DNA of 25,520 nucleotides from PVC group bacterium (GTDB lineage: Bacteria > Auribacterota > Erginobacteria > Erginobacterales > Erginobacteraceae), in NCBI GenBank assembly GCA_043804695.1, contig JAZDIV010000083.1, forward strand, positions 1-25,520, read 5' to 3'. The translations under genes and the position numbers were made by a program. Positions 15,640 through 25,300 of the stretch are shown one piece after another. The notes beneath the pieces are model-generated. The model ran no database searches, was not told the DNA's origin, and saw only the letters and a list, made by a program, of their open reading frames with translations. Position 1 is the stretch's first letter. Each line of letters begins with the position of its first letter.

Positions 15640-18600
15640 ATGACAGCGCCATATTTTCGCCGCCTGGGGATATCGTTTTTTCTTTGTTGCAGTCTTTTCC
15701 TCTCTCCGGCCTTTTCCCCCGCCCAGCAATTAAAGGTCATCGTCCCCGCCGGGAGCAAGGCCGGTCTGGCCTCCACCGGCAGTCTGATCGCCGACCGCGG
15801 ATCATACCTTGTTTACCAGGTTCCGGTTTCCACTTTGAAAAGCCTGGCTCGAACCCCCGGTTTTCAACCGCGCCCCGACTTCGACCGGATCGAGCTCAAT
15901 CGGGTGGCAATCGATACCGCCGCCGGAGCACCCGCGGTCCCGGCGCGCCTCGCCGCGGCCGAGGCGGGTGATCGGTTGATGCTGGTCCAGTTTTCCGCCC
16001 CACCGATTGATTCCGACCTGGCCCTGGTGGCGGGGGCGGGGGCGGAGATCGTCCAGTACGTTCCCCAGAACGCTTACATCATCTGGGTCCCCGCCGGCGC
16101 GGCGGGCTCGATGGAGAAGGCGGCCCTCTCTCCCGTGGTCCAGTACTACGGGCCCTACCACCCTTATTACGCCCTTTCCCCCCGGCTGGACGGAGCGGAA
16201 GACCAGATCGCCGTCACCGTCCAGTTCTACAACTACGGGGAAGAGGCGCGGACCGATGCCGAGAAGGTGGCCGCCGGGGCGGCCCGCGTGATCATGAAGC
16301 CGACCGAGGCGCTGGGCGGACTCTATATCAACGTCCGGGTGGTCGTCCCCGCCGCCGACCTATCCTCTTTAGCCTCCCTCCCCGGCGTGATCACGGTCGA
16401 GCCTTACGTTGAGCCGGAGCTCTACGGCGAGCGGCAGGACCAGGTGATCGCCCTGAACTTGAACGTAGGCGAGACCGGCCCCTCCGGCCCGGGATATCTC
16501 GCCTGGCTTGGTTTATTCGGCTTTCCCACCGCCCCCGGCGAGTATCCGATCATCGACATCGTCGATGACGGATTCGACACGGGGAACGCCGCCAACCCCG
16601 GCAACTCCGAGTTCCGCGAACTCAACAACCCGGCGCTCTCTTCACGCTGCGTATACGCGATTATCGCCGCCGGGGCATCGGGCTTCGGTCCCGAGGGGGT
16701 GGACGGGCACGGGACCATCAACTGCTCGATCGTCGGCGGTTACAACGACGGCGTGGGGTCGCCCGCCAACGTCGATTCCCAGGGCTACCACTGGGGGCTC
16801 GGTGTCTCCCCCTACGGCCGGATCGCCTCGACCAGGATCTTCGGTCCTTCCGGCTGGTCTTACCCCGACGAGGACCTGATGGTGAGCAATCAATACGCCG
16901 CCGGTGTCCGGACCACCTCCAACTCCTGGGGCGCCAACGTCTACGGAGCCTACGACGCCGACGCCCAGGCCTACGACCGCCGGACCCGGGACGCCCAGTC
17001 CGGAACACCGGGCAACCAGGAAATGCTCTTCGTCTTCGCCGCCGGTAACGCCGGTTCCGGCGCCGGTTCGGTGGGAACACCGGGAACGGCCAAAAACGTG
17101 ATCACCGTGGGGGCGAGCGAGAACGAGGACATCGCATTGAACTACACCGATGGTTGCGGGGTGGGACCCTCCGGTGCGAACAACATCCAGGACATCATCA
17201 ATTTCTCCAGCCGCGGCCCCTGCGACGACGGACGGGTCAAGCCCGAGATCGTCGCCCCCGGGACCCACATCCACGGTGCCGCCTCCTACTACGCGGGTTA
17301 TACCGGCTACAGCGTTTGCGACAAGTACAACCCCGCCGGGCAGACCAAGTACGCCGAGTCATCGGGGACGAGCCACTCGACCCCGGCGATCGCCGGCGGC
17401 CTCTCCCTCCTCGTCAACTACCTCTCCCGGGGGCACGGGATCGGCGATCCCAGCCCGGCCCTGCGCAAGGCGTGCATCATCAACTCCTCCTACTTCCTGA
17501 CCGGCGTGTCCGCCAACGACGATCTCCCCAGCAACAGCCAGGGTTTCGGAATGATCAACCTCGATCTGGCCTTCGATCAGACGGTCAACCGCATCTTCGT
17601 CGATCAGACCGAGGTCCTCCACAACTCCGGCGACACCTACCAGATCTCCTTCTCGATCAACAACAGCTTGGAGCCCTTCCGGGCCGCGCTCGCCTGGACC
17701 GATGAGCCGGGACCTACCTCGGGCGCCGCCTATGTTAACGATCTGGATCTGGAGGTGGACGTGGGCGGGGTTACGTATCTGGGCAATAACTTCACCCTCG
17801 GTGTCTCCCAGAGCGGCGGGTCCGCCGACCCTAGAAACAACACCGAGTGCGTTTTCCTCCCCGCCGGCAGCAGCGGGAGTGTCACCGTGACCGTCCGGGG
17901 AACCACCATCGCCGGCGACGGGGTACCCGGCAACGGCGACGCCACCGACCAGGACTTCGCCCTTGCCATCTACAACGCCCTGACCTCCACCCCCACCCCC
18001 ACCCCGGAAGGCTACAAGACGCCGACTCCAACCCCGACAACCACCCCCACGCCGGAAGGGTATAAAACCGTCACCCCCACACCCTCGGTTACGCCTACGG
18101 CAACGCCCTCTCCATACGATAAAATATTTGAGTACGACGTGGAAACGCCGACCGGGGATAGCCAGTGTCTGGGAGTGGAATTCGACGGTGTCAATTACTG
18201 GATAACCGGAGGGAACTCCGGTTCCGATCCTAATAAGTTATACAAACTCGACAACACCTGCAGCAGTGTTATTGCCGCCTACAACCAGCCCGCTCATTCC
18301 ACCGGCTGGGGCTGGAGGGATCTCGCTTTCGACGGCGCCTATCTCTATGCTTCCGTAACCGGCAATATTGATCAGATTAATCCCGCCACCGGTTCATGGA
18401 CCGGGGTCAGTATCCCGGGCCCGCTTACCCCGAATCGGGGATTGGCTTACGACCCGGCCACGGATCATTTCTGGACCGCAAACTTTAGCTCCGACATCTA
18501 TGAGATTGACCGGAGCGGGACCGTCATCAACTCCTACGGTAACGCGAACTCTATCTACGGATTGGCCTGGGATGATGTCAGTCAGGACGGCCCCTGGCTG

Positions 18601-21447
18601 TGGGCCTATTCCCAGGATGGGCCGCCGTATGTACTTATATCCCAGTTCGATCCCTCGAGCGGAGTCTATACTGGTGTCACCCACCTGGGTGTATATCATA
18701 ACTACAGCGGCGATATGGCCGGTGGAGCCACATTTGCCCGGATGGGAGCGAAAGCGGTGTTTATCGGATTAACCCAGGATACACCCGATCTCATATTCGG
18801 ATTGGGTGTTGGGCCCGCCGTCACAGTCACCCCCACCCCGGAAGGCTACAAGACGCCGACTCCAACCCCGACAACCACGCTCACGCCGGAGGGCTACAAA
18901 ACGCCGACCCCGACCGCCACCCCTTCGCCGGACTATTGCAGCGCGAGCGGCGGGTGCGACGAGTATATCACACGCGTACAATTCAACACGATCGACAATT
19001 CCAGCGGATGCGGAGGGTATGCCGATTACACGGCGCTCTCAACCGTCATCACTCGTGAGGCCGCCTACGGCATCACCGTCACCAATCCGGTCCTCTACAC
19101 CGGCGATGCGTGCGATGTGTGGGTGGACTGGAACCGGAACCGGAGTTTCTCCGATGCCGGGGAAAGCACGACGCTCAGCGGCGGCCCGGCTGTGTTCACC
19201 GGCACGATCACGGGCCCCGCGGGCGCGCTGCTGGGTGAGACTCGTCTGCGGATCAGGTTGCGGTACTATGAAGATGTCGAACCCTGCGGGGATTTCACCT
19301 ACGGCGAAGTCGAGGACTATACCGTGATAGTGGTGCCGTTGGTCACCCCCACCCCCACCCCGGAAGGCTACAAGACTCCGACTCCAACCCCGACAACCAC
19401 GCCCACGCCGGAGGGCTACAAAACGCCGACCCCGACCGCCACCCCTTCGCCGGGTTATTGCAGCGCGAGCGGCGGTTGCGACGAGTATATCGCACGCGTG
19501 CAATTCAACATGATCGACAATTCCAGCGGATGCGAAGGGTATGCCGATTACACGGCGCTTTCGACCGTCATCAGTCGTGAGGCCGCCTACGGCATCACCG
19601 TCACCAATCCGGTTCTCTACACCGGCGATGCGTGCGATGTGTGGGTGGACTGGAACCAGAACCGGAGTTTCTACGATGCCGGGGAGAGTACGACGCTCAA
19701 CGGCGGCCCGAATGTGTTCACCGGCACGATCACGGGCCCGGCGGGCGCGCTGCTGAATGAGACTCGTCTGCGGATCAGGTTGCGGTACTATGAAGATGTC
19801 GAACCCTGCGGGGATTTCACCTACGGCGAAGTCGAGGACTATACTGTGATAGTGGTGCCGTTGGTCACCCCCACCCCGGAAGGCTACAAGACGCCGACTC
19901 CAACCCCGACAACCACGCCCACGCCATCGGTAACACCAACACCAACTGTGACGCCCACGCCGTCCGTCACGCCAACACCGATTACGCCCACGCCGTACGT
20001 GACACCAACGCCCACGCCCTCGGTGACACCAATACCGATACCCAGTGCGACCCCGACGCCCGAGTACTGTCATCCCGCCCTGGAGATTGCCGACCTGGAA
20101 GATCTGTGGCTGGCGCAGACCCGAGCTTCCGTCGGTGACGGATGGAGGTACAACATCACCAAGGCGGCCCCGGCTGCCGATCTGTACGGGTACATTGAGG
20201 ACAATGCCGGCACGTTTGTCGACCAGAGCGCGTATGCCTGCCAGCCGGTGGCGGTGCGAATTGCCCGGGTAAATGAGGACGTAAATATTCTGGAAGGGGA
20301 CTACCTGAGGGTGACCTTCGGCGGCGGGACGGAAGTGAATGTTTATCCTCCGGCTTTAAGCGGTAATATAGATACTTACTATTATATCGGCGCCGACGGG
20401 AGCACCTATGTTGACCGCTGGCTCTGCGAGCCGGCCAAAGCGGTACCGACGCCGACACTGACGGCCACCCCCACACCAACGCCAACTCCCACTCCCACAG
20501 TACCGCCGACCCCGGCGCCTACCGTATCTCCGACACCGGCGCCCACCGTACCGCCGACCCCGGCGCCCACCGCACCGCCGACCCCGGCGCCTACCGTACC
20601 TCCGACCCCGGCGCCCACCGCACCTCCGACCCCGGCGCCCACCGTATCTCCGACCCCGGCGCCGAGCCCCACCCCCACCTGTGGTCCGATCGTGCCCCTG
20701 GAAAGGTTAGTTATCGAATCCGGAGATTATGACGGCGATGGCACCGATGACGTCGCCATCTTCCGGGAGAGTTCCGGTTTGTGGGCGATCAGAGGAGTAT
20801 CCCGGGTCTATTTCGGAGGCGTTTCCGACCAGCCGGTTCCCGACGACTATGACGGAGACGGGGTAATAGAAATTGCCGTCTTCCGCGGAAGTTCCGGCAG
20901 TTGGACGATTCGGGGCTTGACCAGGGTTTATTTCGGAACCACTGGCGATATTCCGGTCCCCGGTGATTACGACGGTAACGGAAGCGCCGATATCGGAACC
21001 TTCCGGGATTCCTCCGGTCTCTGGATGATCAGAGATGTGACCCGGGTAAATTTCGGAAAAGCTGATGATTGGCCGGTGCCCGGTGATTATGATGGAGACG
21101 GCACCGGGGAAATCGGTATCTTCCGGCCCGGGTGCGGTCTCTGGGCGATCCGGGGAGTATTCCGGCTTTACTTCGGCAAGGATGAGGACTGGCCCCGCCC
21201 GGGCGACTATGACGGAGACGGGACCTGGAACGTGGGTATCTTCCGCCGCCCGGTCGGTTTGTGGGCTCTCCGCGGCATTACCCGCCTCTACTATGGCTGT
21301 TGTCTTGACTGGCCGGTCCCGGCCGATTACGACGGCAGCGGCACCGAAGACACCGGCATCTTCCGCGGAAGCTCCGGTCTCTGGGCGATAAAAGGAGTCT
21401 CAAGAGCCTACTTCGGCACCTCAGGGGATATTCCGGTGACGAGGTAG
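15640..21447 (+). CDS. Giant secreted S8 subtilase: prodomain, S8 core with jelly-roll domain, beta-propeller-like domain, 2 GEVED domains, unknown domain, Pro/Thr linkers, 6 FG-GAP-like repeats
   Basis: Triad IVDDGFD / DGHGT / GTSHSTP, oxyanion FAAGN; LAWTD..NDLDLEV; FDG..W / LAYD / LAWD blades (about 18115-18810); YGEVEDY twice; repeats 20722-21444. Confidence 0.93.
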   Translation: MTAPYFRRLGISFFLCCSLFLSPAFSPAQQLKVIVPAGSKAGLASTGSLIADRGSYLVYQVPVSTLKSLARTPGFQPRPDFDRIELNRVAIDTAAGAPAVPARLAAAEAGDRLMLVQFSAPPIDSDLALVAGAGAEIVQYVPQNAYIIWVPAGAAGSMEKAALSPVVQYYGPYHPYYALSPRLDGAEDQIAVTVQFYNYGEEARTDAEKVAAGAARVIMKPTEALGGLYINVRVVVPAADLSSLASLPGVITVEPYVEPELYGERQDQVIALNLNVGETGPSGPGYLAWLGLFGFPTAPGEYPIIDIVDDGFDTGNAANPGNSEFRELNNPALSSRCVYAIIAAGASGFGPEGVDGHGTINCSIVGGYNDGVGSPANVDSQGYHWGLGVSPYGRIASTRIFGPSGWSYPDEDLMVSNQYAAGVRTTSNSWGANVYGAYDADAQAYDRRTRDAQSGTPGNQEMLFVFAAGNAGSGAGSVGTPGTAKNVITVGASENEDIALNYTDGCGVGPSGANNIQDIINFSSRGPCDDGRVKPEIVAPGTHIHGAASYYAGYTGYSVCDKYNPAGQTKYAESSGTSHSTPAIAGGLSLLVNYLSRGHGIGDPSPALRKACIINSSYFLTGVSANDDLPSNSQGFGMINLDLAFDQTVNRIFVDQTEVLHNSGDTYQISFSINNSLEPFRAALAWTDEPGPTSGAAYVNDLDLEVDVGGVTYLGNNFTLGVSQSGGSADPRNNTECVFLPAGSSGSVTVTVRGTTIAGDGVPGNGDATDQDFALAIYNALTSTPTPTPEGYKTPTPTPTTTPTPEGYKTVTPTPSVTPTATPSPYDKIFEYDVETPTGDSQCLGVEFDGVNYWITGGNSGSDPNKLYKLDNTCSSVIAAYNQPAHSTGWGWRDLAFDGAYLYASVTGNIDQINPATGSWTGVSIPGPLTPNRGLAYDPATDHFWTANFSSDIYEIDRSGTVINSYGNANSIYGLAWDDVSQDGPWLWAYSQDGPPYVLISQFDPSSGVYTGVTHLGVYHNYSGDMAGGATFARMGAKAVFIGLTQDTPDLIFGLGVGPAVTVTPTPEGYKTPTPTPTTTLTPEGYKTPTPTATPSPDYCSASGGCDEYITRVQFNTIDNSSGCGGYADYTALSTVITREAAYGITVTNPVLYTGDACDVWVDWNRNRSFSDAGESTTLSGGPAVFTGTITGPAGALLGETRLRIRLRYYEDVEPCGDFTYGEVEDYTVIVVPLVTPTPTPEGYKTPTPTPTTTPTPEGYKTPTPTATPSPGYCSASGGCDEYIARVQFNMIDNSSGCEGYADYTALSTVISREAAYGITVTNPVLYTGDACDVWVDWNQNRSFYDAGESTTLNGGPNVFTGTITGPAGALLNETRLRIRLRYYEDVEPCGDFTYGEVEDYTVIVVPLVTPTPEGYKTPTPTPTTTPTPSVTPTPTVTPTPSVTPTPITPTPYVTPTPTPSVTPIPIPSATPTPEYCHPALEIADLEDLWLAQTRASVGDGWRYNITKAAPAADLYGYIEDNAGTFVDQSAYACQPVAVRIARVNEDVNILEGDYLRVTFGGGTEVNVYPPALSGNIDTYYYIGADGSTYVDRWLCEPAKAVPTPTLTATPTPTPTPTPTVPPTPAPTVSPTPAPTVPPTPAPTAPPTPAPTVPPTPAPTAPPTPAPTVSPTPAPSPTPTCGPIVPLERLVIESGDYDGDGTDDVAIFRESSGLWAIRGVSRVYFGGVSDQPVPDDYDGDGVIEIAVFRGSSGSWTIRGLTRVYFGTTGDIPVPGDYDGNGSADIGTFRDSSGLWMIRDVTRVNFGKADDWPVPGDYDGDGTGEIGIFRPGCGLWAIRGVFRLYFGKDEDWPRPGDYDGDGTWNVGIFRRPVGLWALRGITRLYYGCCLDWPVPADYDGSGTEDTGIFRGSSGLWAIKGVSRAYFGTSGDIPVTR
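18827..19925 (+). repeat. Tandem 522-bp linker+GEVED duplication, with two more copies at 23299-23820 and 24421-24936
   Basis: Near-identical DNA; GEVED coding starts at 18931, 19453, 23410 and 24529. Confidence 0.95.
20494..20661 (+). repeat. Seven 24-nt tandem units encoding PT(V/A)(P/S)PTPA
   Basis: Read directly in the linker before the C-terminal module. Confidence 0.9.
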
Positions 21448-21600
21448 GGGGGAAAGTTATCCCCCTGCCGGGGAAATTAGGTTTGGGGAATGCCAGACGA
21501 TCCACCTGAACACTTCATTCCAACCCCTGACATTCTCTGTACGGGGTTTTAATACACAATGTGAGAAGGGAGAGAAAAGTTAAGAAATGATCCCCTTCTG

Positions 21601-21702
21601 TCTACCCCGGCGCCCACGGTGCCGACGATGACGACGACACTGACGCCGATCGCCATCCCCACGGCAGTCGCCACCCGGACCCCGGCGCCCCGCCCCACCC
21701 CC
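21601..21702 (+). pseudogene. Orphan degenerate Pro/Thr linker fragment
   Basis: Translates to STPAPTVPTMTTTLTPIAIPTAVATRTPAPRPTP; in-frame TGA at 21562 and no proper start; GC-rich patch in an AT-rich spacer. Confidence 0.55.
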
Positions 21703-21948
21703 AATCTCAGAAGGATCATCCGCCTATCCACCATCGTCCGCCGCGTACACTGTGAGCCTTACTTACAAATCGAATTGGATTATATGAGATAAGACTAAAT
21801 TGTGCCAACAGTTGTTGTTACTTGTAAACTTTAATTGACACTTTCATCTAACAATAGCCGTGTCAGGAGGATTGGATTTTTTTAAAAAAAGTTGAATCTC
21901 GTTGACTACTAAAATATTACGCAAACACACACCCGAGAAATCTAAGTG

Positions 21949-21964
21949 TGGCACGGTTTTTGCA
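21949..21964 (+). promoter_or_regulatory. sigma54 -24/-12 promoter motif
   Basis: TGGCACGGTTTTTGCA matches TGGCACG-N4-TTGCW with GG-N10-GC spacing. Confidence 0.65.
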
Positions 21965-22192
21965 TATAAATAAGCCACAATGCTATAGTAAATTCCATCA
22001 AAATCCAAGAATATAGTCGGAGTGCCCATCAATAAGGAAAACCTGGAAGCTATTGGGATATGAGGAAGCTTGAGTTTAAAAAAAATCTAAGGAAACATGT
22101 TCACGTTTCTCTGGAGTGACCAGCGCTCCGCAACATGATGAACTGATTCACCTGCCGGGTAAACCGGCAGGGATCTTTGTGCGTATTTTACC

Positions 22193-22222
22193 TTGACTTA
22201 GCACTAATTATGTGATTATACT
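22193..22222 (+). promoter_or_regulatory. sigma70 promoter paralogous to 15503-15531
   Basis: TTGACT-18 nt-TATACT in a homologous context. Confidence 0.65.
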
Positions 22223-22350
22223 TTAATACAGACGTAAATTCATTTTATTCCGTGCTTTTTGACCAAATATGGTTGCCCATATTTTTTAAAATGCAGGAAA
22301 GGCAAGACGTGATATTATTTATAATAATCTCAAGGACAAGGAGATAGCTA

Positions 22351-25300
22351 ATGACAGCGCCATATTTTCGCCGCCTGTGGATATCGTTTTTTATTTGTTG
22401 CGGCCTTTTCCTCTTTCCGGCTTTTTCCCGCGCCCAGTCTCCATTCGGCTCTACTGCAGCCTGGGGGGAAGCGGCTAAACTGGCCCAGATCAGAAGTGCG
22501 ATTGCGGAGAAAGATTTTCACTGGACAGCCCGAGATTATGGAAGAGAGTTCGCGCTCGGCGCCATCATTAAAGAGGAAGAGAACGGGATTGAGCCCCCGA
22601 CGATGGAGCAGGTGGAATCGCTGCCGGACTCGGTTGACTGGCGCAGTAACGGCGGCAATTTTGTCTCCCCGGTGAAAAATCAGGCCAGCTGCGGCTCCTG
22701 CTGGGCCTTCGCCGCCGTCGGTTCTCTGGAATCCCTGGTCTGCATCTCGCACAATACCCCGGGCCAGTTTCTGGATCTTGCCGAGCAGATCCTGGTCTCC
22801 TGCTGTACAGGAAATTACGGCTGCAGTGGCGGCTACATGGATATCACGGCCCAGTTCATGCGGGATGAAGGCACGTATCTGGAAACCTGTTTCCCTTACA
22901 CGGCCACCAACAATAACTGCGGCAATGCCTGCGCCGGATGGGGAGCCCTGGCTTACAAAATTGACGGCTTTTCCTTTGTTCCCCGTACCGTGGCCACGCT
23001 TAAATCAGCGGTCTATAGCTATGGCCCGACCCAGGTCGCTTTTTATGTTTACTCCGACTTCCAGTCCTACAGCGGCGGGGTCTATGAGTACGCTTGGGGT
23101 TCTTATTTGGGCGGGCATGCCGTGCTGCTGATCGGCTATCAGGACACCCCCGGTCAGTACGGCGGCGGTTATTTCATCGTCAAAAACAGCTGGGGAACTT
23201 CCTGGGGTGAGAGCGGATTTTTCCGGATCGGCTACAGCCAGGTCACCAACTCGGTGACTTTCGGGAGCAGCTCCTACGCCTATACCTACCTGCCTCCCAC
23301 CACCCCCACCCCCACCCCGGAAGACTACAAGACGCCGACTCCAACCCCGACAACCACGCCCACGCCGGAGGGCTACAAAACGGCGACCCCGACCGCCACC
23401 CCTTTGCCGAGCTATTGCAGCGCGAGCGGCGGTTGCGACGAGTATATCGCACGCGTGCAATTCAACACGATCGACAATTCCAGCGGATGCGGAGGGTATG
23501 CCGATTACACGGCGCTCTCGACCGTCATCAGTAGTGAGACCGCCTACGGCATCACCGTCACCAATCCGGTCCTCTACACCGGCGATGCGTGCGATGTGTG
23601 GGTGGACTGGAACCGGAACGGGAGTTTCTCCGATGCCGGGGAGAGCACGACGCTCAGCGGCGGCCCGGCTGTGTTCACCGGCACAATCACGAGCCCCGCG
23701 GGAGCGCCGCTGGGGGAGACCCGTCTGCGGATCAGGTTGCGGTACTATGAAAATGTCGAACCCTGCGGGGATTTCACTTACGGCGAAGTCGAGGACTATA
23801 CCGTGATAGTGGTGTCGTTGATCACCCTCACCCCGACACCGGAGGGTTACCACACCCCCTCACCGTCGCCCACACCGGTTACCACCCCTACCCCGAGGAC
23901 AGTTACAAAATATCCAATCGACGATTCTTATGTAAGGAGCTGGACCCCGGATACTGTTTATGGCGCGGCTGGGGCCTTCACAGTGAATCCAAGAACAGCA
24001 GATATTTGCAGGGTATATATTAAATTTGATTTATCCGACATCCCTTCCGGGGAGACAATATCGTCGGCAATATTAAGGTATTATTATTTTGGTTGGTGGG
24101 AAGCGGACCCTGCCGGCAGGATAAATGATATGTATAAAATAACCGGCAATTGGGATGAAGGCACCTTAACCTGGAATAACAAGCCAGGCTATGATATGTC
24201 GGTATGTGGGTCTTATACCGTGCCGTATTCTTTCGGGTGGATAGAAACTGACGTTACCCAATATGTTCAGGATAAAGTGAATGGGGAAATGGACTACGGA
24301 ATTTTGGTAAAGGACCGTAATGAACAGCCGCTAGGGTTGAATACAAATCCTATAATGTACTCAAAAGAATATAATGGTTTAAACCCGGAGCTCGTAATCG
24401 AATTTTCAATGCCAGCGTCGACCCCCACCCCCACCCCGGAAGGCTACACGACGCCGACTCCACCCCCGACAACCACGCCCACGCCGGAGGGCTATAAAAC
24501 GGCGACCCCGACCGCCACCCCTTTGCCGAACTATTGCAGCGCGAGTGGCGAGTACGACGAGTATATCGCCCGCGTGCAATTCAACACGATCGACAATTCC
24601 AGCGGACGCGAAGGGTATGCCGATTACACGGCGTTCTCAACCGTCGTCACTCGTGAAGCCGCCTACGGCATCACCGTCACCAATCCGGTCCCCTGGGACG
24701 GCGATGCGTGCGATGTGTGGGTGGACTGGAACCAGAACGGGAGTTTCTACGATGCCGGGGAGAGCACGACGCTCAGCGGCGGCCCGGGTGTGTTCACCGG
24801 CACGATCACGGGCCCGGCGGGCGCGCTACTGGGGGAGACCCGTCTGCGGATCAGGTTGCGGTACTATCAAGATGTCGAACCCTGCGGGGATTTCACCTAC
24901 GGCGAAGTCGAGGACTATACCGTGATAGTGGTACCGTCGGACGTGTTAACGGTGGCGCCCGATGAGGCGTTTGAGTCCGCGGGCACTCCGGGCGGGCCCT
25001 TTGACCCGGCATCGAAGACCTACACGCTGACGAACCTGGGCGGGGAGAGCCTCGACTGGACCGCCGGGGCGACGGCGGATTGGCTGACGGTGGCGCCCGG
25101 CAGCGGGGGTCTGGCCGCGGGGGCCTCGACGGAGGTCGAGGTGAGCCTGAACGCAAACGCCGGCGCGCTGATACCGGGAGACTATGAGGATATCGTCACG
25201 TTTGCCAACATTTCTTCCGGCTTTACCCGGACGCGCGGCGTTTCTCTGACCGTGATCGCCATTCCCGGCCAGATTGCGGTGGAAGACTCGATCCCGCCGA

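Noticed and set aside
22060..22119. Small ORF MRKLEFKKNLRKHVHVSLE downstream of the sigma54 motif
   Set aside because: Only 19 codons with a weak SD and no second copy or motif to support it
18931..24936. Diversity-generating retroelement: several G2 versus G1 differences are at adenines (AAT/GCT, AAT/GGT, AAC/AGC, TAC/TCC), and an Avd-fold gene is in the window
   Set aside because: Many differences are non-A or synonymous (CTC/CTT, CCC/CCG, ACG/ATG), all copies are coding, no reverse transcriptase is present, and the four-helix gene is about 17 kb away
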